Below are positions 18,017-27,244 of a stretch of DNA of 36,443 nucleotides, piece by piece. The stretch comes from an uncultured archaeon (GTDB lineage Archaea > Asgardarchaeota > Lokiarchaeia > Sigyniarchaeales > SOKP01), in assembly GCA_964583985.1 (NCBI GenBank), contig CAZOYD010000034.1:1-36443 (forward strand), in the 5' to 3' direction. A program made the translations under genes and the position numbers. Each line of letters begins with the position of its first letter. Positions within the stretch are counted from its first letter, which is position 1. The notes beneath the pieces are model-generated. The model made no database searches and was not told the DNA's origin. It was given only the letters and a program-made list of their open reading frames with translations.

Positions 18017-19132
18017 TTACTTTAATCCTTCGATAATCTCAGAAAGAACCTTTAACATCTTATTCAAATCCTCTAAAACAATTTCACCCATGTGACCAAT
18101 TCGGAATGTTTTATCCTTTAAGGATCCATACCCATTAACTATTCCATATCCTTTATTACCTAAAACGGAAACCATTTTGGATATATCGATATTGATTGAA
18201 TTTTTCATCGTAGATACGGTATTGGAATAATATTGCTCGTTATTAGGGAACATATCAAAGCCTAAAGATCTAGCCCATTCTTGTGTGCGTTTAGCTAACT
18301 TAGCATGTCTTTCAAATCTATTTTCTAAGCCCTCCTTATTCAAGATATGATGAATTTGGTACTCTAAAACTCTTATTTGAGGTATGGGAGGCGTTGTTGG
18401 AGTTTGATGTACTTTATTTTTCTTGAGCATATCTTCAAAATTAAAATACAACCCTCGATTTTTAACTTGGGCTGTTTTTTTTATAGCAGCTTCAGAAATA
18501 GAACAAACTGCTAATCCTGGGGGTACGGTGAAACATTTTTGTACGGATGCTAAGCAAACATCGATTCCAAGTTTATCCACTTCTAGTTTAACTCCTGCCA
18601 TTGAAGACGTGGCATCTACACATACTAATGCATCATGTTCCTTAATAATTGGAATGACTTTCTCAATTGGATTGTATACACCCGTAGATGTTTCATTAGA
18701 TTGAATGAAGACAACAGCATATTTGTCTTTTTCCAATACTTCTTGAGCAAATTCAGGGGTAATCGCATCTCCCCATTCAACACTTTCCTTTATTGAATTT
18801 TTACCATTTAAAAGACCAATTTCATGCCACCGGTCTCCAAAAGCCCCAACTGAAAAAAAAAGAGCCTTTTCATCGTCTTTTATGAGGTTTCTTACACAAG
18901 CTTCCATCAAACCAGTCGCACTTGATGTCGATAGCAAACATTCATTTTTTGTATATAATACTTTTTTTAATCCTTCTGTAACAAGTTGATGCATTTCAGA
19001 ATAAGCTGTTGAGCGGTGAGTATCGTTTGGTAGAGCCAGTTCCTTAAGAAGGTTCGCTGGTACTTGAACAGGTCCAGGAGTAAATAGAAATAATTGAGAG
19101 CCTTTTTCTCTATTGTAATGAATATCAGTAAT
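18017..19132 (-). CDS. Class V PLP-dependent aminotransferase (archaeal phosphoserine / serine-pyruvate type), apparent ATT start
   Basis: NETSTG, VDATSS, ASVQKC..VPPGL (PLP Lys) and FRIGHMG. The frame continues upstream of ATG 18994 through HRS and LFTPGPVQVP to ATT at 19132. Confidence 0.85.
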   Translation of the reverse strand: MTDIHYNREKGSQLFLFTPGPVQVPANLLKELALPNDTHRSTAYSEMHQLVTEGLKKVLYTKNECLLSTSSATGLMEACVRNLIKDDEKALFFSVGAFGDRWHEIGLLNGKNSIKESVEWGDAITPEFAQEVLEKDKYAVVFIQSNETSTGVYNPIEKVIPIIKEHDALVCVDATSSMAGVKLEVDKLGIDVCLASVQKCFTVPPGLAVCSISEAAIKKTAQVKNRGLYFNFEDMLKKNKVHQTPTTPPIPQIRVLEYQIHHILNKEGLENRFERHAKLAKRTQEWARSLGFDMFPNNEQYYSNTVSTMKNSINIDISKMVSVLGNKGYGIVNGYGSLKDKTFRIGHMGEIVLEDLNKMLKVLSEIIEGLK

Positions 19133-19269
19133 AGTTTTATCGCCTTTTTTAAATATTTATTATTGATATATTTAGTATTAGTGGATTCTTCTCTATTAAT
19201 ATTTATTACCTTAAAAATATAATATAATCATTCAAAAAAATTATATAAAAATTACAATGAGATAATATA

Positions 19270-19612
19270 ATGCATTATGCTGAAGGATTAGATAATCTTG
19301 GTACTGAAACTGCTTTGGAAGTTCTCAAGAGAATTCAAAATTTTCCTGAAAAGCGTAGAAATAACATAATATCGTTTGCGAAATGTGAACCAGATTTTCC
19401 TACACTAGATCACATTAAAAAAGCAGGAATAAAAGCAATCGAGGAAAATTTTACCCATTATAGTCCCTCAGCATGAATTCCAGAACTTAAAAAAGCAATC
19501 TCGCAATTATTTTGGAAGAAAAACACCGGAGGAATATGTTCGATTTTTTTATTGTATATCTGAAAAAAATATTGAGGAAGGAATGAAAAGAATTGAAAAA
19601 TTGATGTTGTAA
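19270..19612 (+). pseudogene. Class I/II (aspartate aminotransferase-like) remnant with a premature stop and a large internal deletion
   Basis: N-terminal IISFAKCEPDFPT..HI..A.I.AI..NFTHYSPSA*IPELKKAI is joined, in another frame from 19508, to C-terminal YFGRKTPEEYVRFFYCISEKNIEEGMKRIEKLML*. Confidence 0.85.
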
Positions 19613-19706
19613 AACCAAATCATCGAAATTATCAGATATGGTAAATTAAACTAAATAATACTCATTATATTCTTAAAAGTTCAACCACGCAATATTATAT
19701 ATCATC

Positions 19707-19727
19707 GGAAAAGCTATATATAGCTTT
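19707..19727 (+). promoter_or_regulatory. BRE/TATA promoter of the PAP2 gene inside a perfect 18-bp palindrome
   Basis: GGAAAAG-CTATATATA about 25 nt before ATG 19747; aaagctatatatagcttt (19710-19727) is self-complementary. Confidence 0.55.
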
Positions 19728-19746
19728 ACATCATTAATCATGATAA

Positions 19747-20394
19747 ATGTCAGCATTAGCAGATTATATCCAAAAATTAGAGGATTGGGACACAAAGACA
19801 TTTCTTGTTGTATATAAAAGTGATTTCTCAAAGCGTAGCATGATTTTTGCGAAAGTTTTCAGCTTTTTTGGTAGCCTCTACTTCTGGGGTATAGTCTGGC
19901 TAATATGGTTCATATATGGTTATATCACCAAGGATTATTACCTACTCGTTTTGTTCACTGGTGGATTCGAACAATCAATCATTATTCATTCGCTAATCAG
20001 GTACAAAATTATCAAACGAAATCGACCATATATCACTTTGAAAAAAGAAGGTGTTAAAAAACACGATGATTTCATTAGAATCCCATACGTAATGTCTGAT
20101 TCTGAGCATCGATCATTTCCAAGCGGCCATGTGGCTTTTTTATTGTTTTTTGGGTTTATTTTTAGCTTCTATTTTAATAATTTGATAATACTCTTTATTT
20201 TTCTTGTTTTAGATGTTGTAATGGCAATATGCCGATTAATCTTAGGAGTGCATTATCCGATTGATGTAATATTTGGTTTCATTTTTGCGATTTTTTATGC
20301 ATTTTTATATTTGGCTTGGACATCTCCTTTTTGGGTAGAATTTTACTATTGGATCGGTCCAATTATATCTAATATCATACATATAAGATTTTAG
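19747..20394 (+). CDS. PAP2 family membrane phosphatase
   Basis: K-x-x-x-R-x-RP, SFPSGH and R-x(5)-HYP-x-D catalytic motifs. Confidence 0.9.
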   Translation: MSALADYIQKLEDWDTKTFLVVYKSDFSKRSMIFAKVFSFFGSLYFWGIVWLIWFIYGYITKDYYLLVLFTGGFEQSIIIHSLIRYKIIKRNRPYITLKKEGVKKHDDFIRIPYVMSDSEHRSFPSGHVAFLLFFGFIFSFYFNNLIILFIFLVLDVVMAICRLILGVHYPIDVIFGFIFAIFYAFLYLAWTSPFWVEFYYWIGPIISNIIHIRF

Positions 20395-20525
20395 ATTCCT
20401 TAATTTCTCTTTAGAGCTATTTCAATCAAGAAGATAAGCTATTTTAATAAATCCGTTATTTTAAATTTTAAATTTAAGTAGACGGTCTCAAAATGTTTTA
20501 ATATGACTTATTCATTTTTCTTTAT

Positions 20526-21959
20526 ATGAATAGTGAAAAAATTTCTGAATCCCCACAAACTAGCTTTCTTAATCTTATTAAGAGATTATGACCTAGTTTT
20601 CTAATCTATAATTCATTCGCGTTTACTGTTTCAACGATCTTTATCAATTTTTTGATTGTCTCCAACATTATATGGCCAGGTGAGAGTTTTCATTCAGTTG
20701 AAATGGGAATTTTGGTTGGTACTACCACCTACATTATGGCTTTCTCAGGGTTATTATTTGGAATATTGGCAGACAGATATTCTAGAAAAACATTAATGGC
20801 AATAACGGAAATCATTTTTGGGCTAGCCTATATGTTGAATGGGTTTGTTAGTCAAGGATTGGGTTTGGAGACTTATGCTTTCTTTCTAATATTTAGTTTA
20901 ATACGAGGATTCGCATCAGGTGGTTTTTGGCCGATTTTAAATTCTTATTCTAATGATTCTACTAAGGAAGATGAAAAATCACATTTTTTTGGCTTATTAC
21001 AAGCTTTATTTCAGTTATTTCAGATAGTTGGGATGTTAATTTCAGCCATTTTATTCCAGAATTACCTCTGGAGAGAATTTTTCATAATTATTGGTATTCT
21101 ATATTTTATATTCGGTTTACTAATATTTTTAAGAGGCAAAGAACCTAAACGCGCCTCAATGCATAAAGATTTAAGCCTTATCTTAGCAAATGACAATATA
21201 AAATATGAATATAAATTGAACAAGACAACTATTAAATCGACTATTCTTAAACCTACAAATATTATTGCTTTTGTGGAAGGTCTTTTCACTACAGTCATGC
21301 TGATGATTCCCGATTTCTTATTCGTTCCTTATATTCAGTCTGAGCCCCATAATCTCTCTCCATTTGCCACTAGCATATTCATGATAATTTTTGGTTTACC
21401 TGGCGGACTATTAGGTTCCTTAGCATTAGCAAAACTCTCCGATAAGTTAGCAAAAAAAAATATAAGGAACCGAGTTTATATGATTGTATTTTCTATTGTT
21501 GGTCTATTTTCATTCTACATAGCTTTATTCTTTATGCCTCTACCCCATATATCTGTAACACAAGGTAATAACATAGGATTTTTATTAGGTATTCCTATAA
21601 TCTGGGTATTGGGTATGATATCATTAATAGCTAGAGCAGTAGTAGGATTATGGAATATAAATCAACCACCTATATTACAAGCTATCAACTTACCCGAGGC
21701 TCAGGGAGTAATCAGCTCTGCAAACCAGTTTCTTGAGAATATTGGAAGTGGAACTGGTCCGATTATTGCGGGAACAGTTTTATCTTTATTTTCTGGCAAT
21801 TACCAGCTAACGGTAATTATCACAATGAGTATAGGTATTATTGGAGGTTTATTATGGATGTTAGCAACACGGACGATAAATAAAGATGTTGAAACGATAT
21901 CTGAGATCATAAAACAACGAGGGATTGAACTTTCAAAAAATAGTCATACAGATCTATAG
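20526..21959 (+). pseudogene. MFS transporter interrupted by an in-frame TGA at codon 22 (or expressed from TTG 20652)
   Basis: ATG 20526 is in frame with ORF 20652-21959: MNSEKISESPQTSFLNLIKRL*PSFLIYNSFAFTVSTIFINFLIV. Motif A FGILADRYSRK; paralogous to the 750-aa MFS (INLPE motif). Confidence 0.65.
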
Positions 21960-22036
21960 ATAAAAATGATTTTTGAAACTTTTAAAACTATAAGGAAAAA
22001 AAATAGGAATTTACTAAATATGTAATTTAGCTTTTG

Positions 22037-23326
22037 TTATATTTTTTCAATTTGAATTTTTTCCTTAATATTATAGGTTTCTGTTAAGTATTTCTTTAAT
22101 GAATATACTGCTAAAATGTACATTGGAATGAGAGATAATTCCACTAAAATGGAAACAATAAATGGTGCTTTGTGTCCTAAAACATCCCATAAAAACCCTC
22201 CTATAATTGGTCCAATTATTCCTCCAAAATTAGATGAGAAGGATCTTAATCCAAGTACTTTTCCTCTACTTTTGATTGAGATTCTACTGAGAAAATTCTG
22301 AAAAACCAAATTTCCAACAGAGGCAATGGTAACATCTAAAACATAAAGAAGGGAAAAAATTATGACGTTTGGAGAATTAATCAAAATCCACGTTACCAAA
22401 GAACCTAACGCACTTGATAGAGAGATCCCTACAGCTGGGTGAAGTTTATCTACTATTCTGCCAAGTTTAGGAGAGAGAAATAGTGGAACAAAACCACTAG
22501 GAATAAAGGCTATCATCGCGATGGTTGGATTATTAACAATTTCATCAAGAATGTAAACATTAAAAAAAGGGCGTCCAATAGAACTATTAATGCTCGCCAA
22601 GATCAAGACTACCATCAGTATTATAATCCCAAGAATCATTCTTCTTGGGATCTTCGTCAAGAGATCCTTCTTTTCTGTTTCTTTAATCAAATCTTGATTA
22701 AATTTAATGCTTTCATCAACGTTGCGATAGAATCGAATCCCAGCATAAAAATTTGCGATTCCAAACAATGGTATTGCCATGTAGATAATAAAAGGATTAG
22801 TAGTTGCGGAAATTGCAAATCCAAAAATAGTGAATCCGACGATTGAACCGATGAGCATTCCCTTCCCTATAGCCGATTCTCTTCTCCCATAAGCATAAGA
22901 TCGGTGAATCTTGTTTGATTTTTCAGCTATCAATGTATCCAATGGTATCCAGAAAAAACCCGCAAAAAATCCGATTGAAAAGGTCCCAACATTCATTCCA
23001 ATTAAGGAGTTTAAAATAATTGCACTATAAAGTATGAAATAGCCACAACCCCTTCCAAGAGATCCGAGCAAGATCAACTTTTTTCTCGATTTTATCTTAT
23101 CCGTAATGAATCCCGTAAAAGAAGAACTGATTAAAAAACCAAATAATTGAACCGAAAAAATCAATCCAATTTCAATGCCAGTTGCATTTAAGATTTGGCT
23201 CGCTATGAAAGGAATTAAAAAATCCAAAAAAAAAAATCCCATGGAATTAAAAATTACGATGTTTAGCATTGAATTGAAGTCGGTAGTAAATTTCTCTGAG
23301 TCTCCGATGGTAATCACGATAATCAA
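22037..23326 (-). CDS. MFS transporter
   Basis: GFITDKIKSRKK, GRIVDK and RGKVLG..GGIIGPIIGGFLW; about 12 TMs. Exact start uncertain. Confidence 0.87.
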   Translation of the reverse strand: MIIVITIGDSEKFTTDFNSMLNIVIFNSMGFFFLDFLIPFIASQILNATGIEIGLIFSVQLFGFLISSSFTGFITDKIKSRKKLILLGSLGRGCGYFILYSAIILNSLIGMNVGTFSIGFFAGFFWIPLDTLIAEKSNKIHRSYAYGRRESAIGKGMLIGSIVGFTIFGFAISATTNPFIIYMAIPLFGIANFYAGIRFYRNVDESIKFNQDLIKETEKKDLLTKIPRRMILGIIILMVVLILASINSSIGRPFFNVYILDEIVNNPTIAMIAFIPSGFVPLFLSPKLGRIVDKLHPAVGISLSSALGSLVTWILINSPNVIIFSLLYVLDVTIASVGNLVFQNFLSRISIKSRGKVLGLRSFSSNFGGIIGPIIGGFLWDVLGHKAPFIVSILVELSLIPMYILAVYSLKKYLTETYNIKEKIQIEKI

Positions 23327-23384
23327 TATTTATATAAGGTAAAAATGCTCAATATCATTATAATATAATGAAATGATATGGTAA

Positions 23385-24077
23385 ATGAAGATGATTGGAC
23401 CAACTTGTCATAAATGTAATGGAATTAATTATTGTGCTGTAGGTCGGGCAAGTAGGATATTAGATAACTGCCCAATGAAAGTATCTCCTGAAATTGAGAA
23501 GAAAGCAAGAGAATTATATGAATCTGATGAATATATTAAGAAATCTACGGCAGAAGCATCCATAGTGGAAGCAAAAGGATACATCCATTGGCCACGTTTA
23601 AAAGATACTGTAGAATATGCCAAGGGCATGGAATATAAGAAATTAGGACTGGCATTTTGCGTGGGGATGCTTCGAGAAGTGCAGAGGGTCGCGGAAATAT
23701 TGGAAAATTATGGATTTGAAGTGATTTCAATCTGTTGCAAGACAGGGGGAGTTAAAAAAACTGCTGTAGGAATCCCCGAGGAATACACCATGTATTCAAA
23801 AACTGGATATACCATAGGATGGATCACGTGTAACCCCGTCGCACAAGCTCTATTACTAAACGAAGCAAAAACGGAAATGAACATCATAGTCGGGTTATGC
23901 GTTGGACATGATATAACTTTCACGCATCTTTCAAAAGCTCCCGTTACAACGTTGATTGCAAAAGATCGATCTGCACCCCACGATCCTACGGCAGTATTGT
24001 TTTCTCATTATGGAAACGAATTTTTTTCTAAAGAATTCAAAGAAATGAAAAAAAAAGAGCTTGAGAAAAAGATTTAG
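23385..24077 (+). CDS. DUF1847 family Cys-rich metal-binding protein
   Basis: CxxC..C..CP, GLAFCVG, CCKTG, CNPVAQA, GLCVGHD and TTLIAKDR. Confidence 0.87.
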   Translation: MKMIGPTCHKCNGINYCAVGRASRILDNCPMKVSPEIEKKARELYESDEYIKKSTAEASIVEAKGYIHWPRLKDTVEYAKGMEYKKLGLAFCVGMLREVQRVAEILENYGFEVISICCKTGGVKKTAVGIPEEYTMYSKTGYTIGWITCNPVAQALLLNEAKTEMNIIVGLCVGHDITFTHLSKAPVTTLIAKDRSAPHDPTAVLFSHYGNEFFSKEFKEMKKKELEKKI

Positions 24078-24086
24078 CTTAATAAC

Positions 24087-24617
24087 TCAATAAAATTCCA
24101 TAAATTCTTCCAATGGATATCTCTCTCTTCCTTTATCTTTTTGAGATTCCATCGGTTCATCAATCACGCCCGTGGCAATGATACCCATTAACTCAAATTT
24201 CTCTGGAGATAATTTAAAGATTTCATTAACTTGTTCCTTCTTTTTTAAAATTCCACCGATCCAAACAGCCCCCAAACCTTTTGAGTGAACGCCCAATAGA
24301 ATATTTTCGATAAAAGCTCCGATTGCTTGTGTATCTTTAACTCTTTCGACCCCTTTTTCAAGATCTAAAAATATAACGAAATTGACATATGCACTTTCAA
24401 TGATCCCGCCATCCTCAGATAGCTCTGCAATCATTCGTTTCACAGTAGGATGAATCACGACACATACTCTCCAAGGTTGACAATTGTTAGCAGAAGGAGC
24501 CCAACGACCACATTCAAGAATTTCTTTAATTGTATCATTGCTTATTTTTTCATAAATAAAATTTCGTATGCTTTTTCTTGATTTAATTAATTCAATTAAT
24601 TTGTGTTCATTCTCCAT
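24087..24617 (-). CDS. Nitroreductase family protein
   Basis: IKSRKSIRNF, WAPSANNCQPW and GLGAVWIG. Confidence 0.92.
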   Translation of the reverse strand: MENEHKLIELIKSRKSIRNFIYEKISNDTIKEILECGRWAPSANNCQPWRVCVVIHPTVKRMIAELSEDGGIIESAYVNFVIFLDLEKGVERVKDTQAIGAFIENILLGVHSKGLGAVWIGGILKKKEQVNEIFKLSPEKFELMGIIATGVIDEPMESQKDKGRERYPLEEFMEFY

Positions 24618-24671
24618 ATTGATTTATTTGGTTTTTAGGAAATATAAATCAAACGAAATTTATATTTGAAA
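24577..24671. repeat. Direct repeat copy 1 (nitroreductase upstream region + first ~13 codons)
   Basis: 24606-24671 matches 26606-26671 at 60/66 positions; weaker similarity extends to 24577. Confidence 0.9.
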
Positions 24672-24728
24672 CAGAAAATAAAATTAGGTAAGCATAATAA
24701 AAAAGATGAAATCTTATTTCTAAGTAAA

Positions 24729-26525
24729 TCAAATGAAAGATTTCTTATAAGAAATGATTTTATCGTATAAATCAGATTCTTTTTTAATTGGAAGGCTAAT
24801 ATTATTAATTTTTCGCCTTACTTTTATCTCGGAATCGGCATTGAAATTAACATGGATGACATTCGATTTTCGACCTTCATTTAAAAGAATTATTGAAATA
24901 TCTTTATAAGGTACCTGGTAATATTTTTTAAAGATTTTCAAGATTAATTTTTGATTGGTAAAGATGTAAATTCTATTAATGAAAACGTAATTATATAAGG
25001 ATATTGTAGTAAAAATTATTATTGTCATTCCAAATGTAAAAGTTATGACAAAATTAGGCATCATAAATAAGAATTCTAAAACGCTCCAAATACTAAACAA
25101 GATTAAAATAACACCGACACTAAAAATGATTAAATATATGAGTAATATATATGTCTTTCTCTCGTGTTGATAAATTGTTAATACTTTCTCATTAGTATTA
25201 AGAACTTTTTTAACGTTATCTTCTTGTTCTTCAGATAATCCGAATTTCTGGGAAGAAATAGTGTCTACGATGGGGGAGGAATCAATTTTTCTTTTTATGG
25301 ATTCCTTTGATTTTACCATACTTTTCTGATTCCTTAAACTTAAGATTTCCTCCTCATTCAAGAGGAGTTGATGATGATTTTTCCATGAAAGATAACTTAA
25401 GTATAAAAGTTCCAGTACTTTTATGATTTCTATTGTAGGTCCAAACTTTACTTTCAAATCGGGGTTATCAAAGGACTGAATGGTAATCGTGCCTATATAG
25501 GTAAAGTTCTCGGACATTTTATTGGGAATGATTTTAAAATCGAATCCTATATTTGAATTGAAATTGAAGATGATGGTTCTTTTCTCATTAATATATTTTA
25601 ATCCTTCTGGTGTTATTTGTATCATGCCATCACTTGAAGGTACGACTTGCCTGATATGAATATCGAATGATGCGATAAATATCACTAATGTAAGACTTGC
25701 TATTATTCCAAATATGCAAATTAAAGAGACAATGTTATTACCTAATGAAATAAAAATGGTGCAAAATATGAAATTTAAAATCCCAATTCCAAGTACAATA
25801 TTATGATTTCGGACCCGCTTCTTCAATCTGATACATTCTTGACTTGTAGGACTAATCTCGGGAGGCTTACTCAGATTTAATTCCTTGATAATAGTATCTA
25901 TTCGTCCTTTAACATCTTGATATACCCACATTATCGATTCAATAATGTTATATTTTAGAAGAACATCATTTGTTTCTCCTATAGCCATTCTATTGGTAGG
26001 ATCAGTTATGAATTTCAAATTAGATTCTTTAGGGTAAATGAAATCAATTAACCCGTTGGGAACTAAATCCTTCTTTTTTTTTAATTTTCTTAACAAAATC
26101 GCTTTTAATGAACTTAATTCGATCTTTTCAAGAGTCTCAGATTTATTCGAAGAAAAAAATCTCCTTGAATGATGATATACATATACAGCTCTATTGGAAA
26201 ATATGAAATAGTTAATGGAACTTAAAATATTCAATTTGACTAAAAATACCCAGTATATCCACATTAGAATTGATGAACCAAAAATGAAAATATTGATAAT
26301 CATATCTATCTCTCTTTTAACAATTTGAAATAAGATTAATAATTCGATTATGATTGCGATTTGAAGGATTGGAACAGCAAACTTAATAAATTTAGTACTG
26401 GAGGGATTATTAAAGCCTTTAGATTTATATAAAATTATCTCATCTGCTGATAGATTATTTTGTATGTTTGCGGGAACTTCTTTATCATAATCATTTTCCT
26501 CATCATTAACTTTTTGTCTTTTCAT
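24729..26525 (-). CDS. Membrane protein with repeated [2 TM + PH-like domain] units
   Basis: Three TM hairpins. L-x-x-x-E-x-(I/V)L ... Y-x-(I)F-(S/T)N-(R/Q) motifs in the N- and C-terminal units resemble prokaryotic PH-domain proteins. Confidence 0.6.
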   Translation of the reverse strand: MKRQKVNDEENDYDKEVPANIQNNLSADEIILYKSKGFNNPSSTKFIKFAVPILQIAIIIELLILFQIVKREIDMIINIFIFGSSILMWIYWVFLVKLNILSSINYFIFSNRAVYVYHHSRRFFSSNKSETLEKIELSSLKAILLRKLKKKKDLVPNGLIDFIYPKESNLKFITDPTNRMAIGETNDVLLKYNIIESIMWVYQDVKGRIDTIIKELNLSKPPEISPTSQECIRLKKRVRNHNIVLGIGILNFIFCTIFISLGNNIVSLICIFGIIASLTLVIFIASFDIHIRQVVPSSDGMIQITPEGLKYINEKRTIIFNFNSNIGFDFKIIPNKMSENFTYIGTITIQSFDNPDLKVKFGPTIEIIKVLELLYLSYLSWKNHHQLLLNEEEILSLRNQKSMVKSKESIKRKIDSSPIVDTISSQKFGLSEEQEDNVKKVLNTNEKVLTIYQHERKTYILLIYLIIFSVGVILILFSIWSVLEFLFMMPNFVITFTFGMTIIIFTTISLYNYVFINRIYIFTNQKLILKIFKKYYQVPYKDISIILLNEGRKSNVIHVNFNADSEIKVRRKINNISLPIKKESDLYDKIISYKKSFI

Positions 26526-26577
26526 GATTAGAATGTAGATTTCTTTCTAAAAAAAGATATCGGCTGATGAATTAATC

Positions 26578-26671
26578 CTTGATTTTATTTATTTAATTGA
26601 TTTGTTTCATTCTCCAAATTGATATATTTGGTTTTTAGGAAGTATAAATCAAATGAAATTTAAATTCGAAA
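26578..26671. repeat. Direct repeat copy 2 (degenerate; ATG changed to TTG, 1-nt deletion)
   Basis: Aligns with 24577-24671 at an offset of 2000-2001 bp. Confidence 0.9.
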
Positions 26672-26710
26672 AAGTTTAAAAAAAAATTAATTTATTAAAA
26701 AATTGAGAAT

Positions 26711-27238
26711 TTATTTTTTGTATCTTATATCATCTGAATCGTCTTTATATTTATCATAGTATTCAATGTCCACTAACCCGCCAACCCTTTCGTCCTTCCA
26801 ATGAGCAATGATTGGCATTCCCACATACGTATCTTTTACATTTACATCTGGACTTAACTCAGCAATGCTAACGGTGTCAGCTCCATCATGATGAACCAAG
26901 ACCATGGGTCTTTCTTGAACCTCGCCAGTTTCTGGATCCTTCAAGTATGAAATTGCATATGTTGATACACTCGCAGTTTCTCTTATGTCAACCCATTTAT
27001 CGGGCTTTACAAGGCATTTTCCACAAACTAATCGAGGTGGAAAAAAGACCCTATTACATGAAGAACATTGATTTGCCACTAGCTTTTTCTCTTTTAATTT
27101 TGCTAAAAACGGTTTCATGTGGGTAATATTAAATTTGTAGTTATAACTCGATAAATACCAGCTTCCAGGTTGGGTACGAGTTCTCACGTATTCTTTTTTA
27201 ACATAATCTAACGATTTTCTTTGAGTCATTTTTGACAT
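26711..27238 (-). CDS. DUF35 Zn-ribbon/OB-fold protein (thiolase-fold partner)
   Basis: CSSC..VFFPPR..CGKC, followed by OB-fold strands ending in VGMP. Confidence 0.88.
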   Translation of the reverse strand: MSKMTQRKSLDYVKKEYVRTRTQPGSWYLSSYNYKFNITHMKPFLAKLKEKKLVANQCSSCNRVFFPPRLVCGKCLVKPDKWVDIRETASVSTYAISYLKDPETGEVQERPMVLVHHDGADTVSIAELSPDVNVKDTYVGMPIIAHWKDERVGGLVDIEYYDKYKDDSDDIRYKK

Positions 27239-27244
27239 TGTCTT

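Noticed and set aside
19747-20394. PAP2 phosphatase as the missing phosphoserine phosphatase
   Set aside because: It is a multi-TM, lipid-phosphatase-type protein with its own promoter, separated from the ser genes by a pseudogene.
19474-20591. Genome-wide TGA recoding or selenocysteine suggested by two in-frame TGAs
   Set aside because: TGA ends many intact genes here (e.g. at 6088, 11599, 24087, 24729, 33919). The two sites correspond to Gly and probably Trp, not Cys, and one lies in a clearly deleted pseudogene.
24577-26671. IS element, prophage or classical integron cassette
   Set aside because: No transposase, integrase, terminal inverted repeats or evident attC-like palindrome; kept only as an unexplained repeat-flanked insertion.
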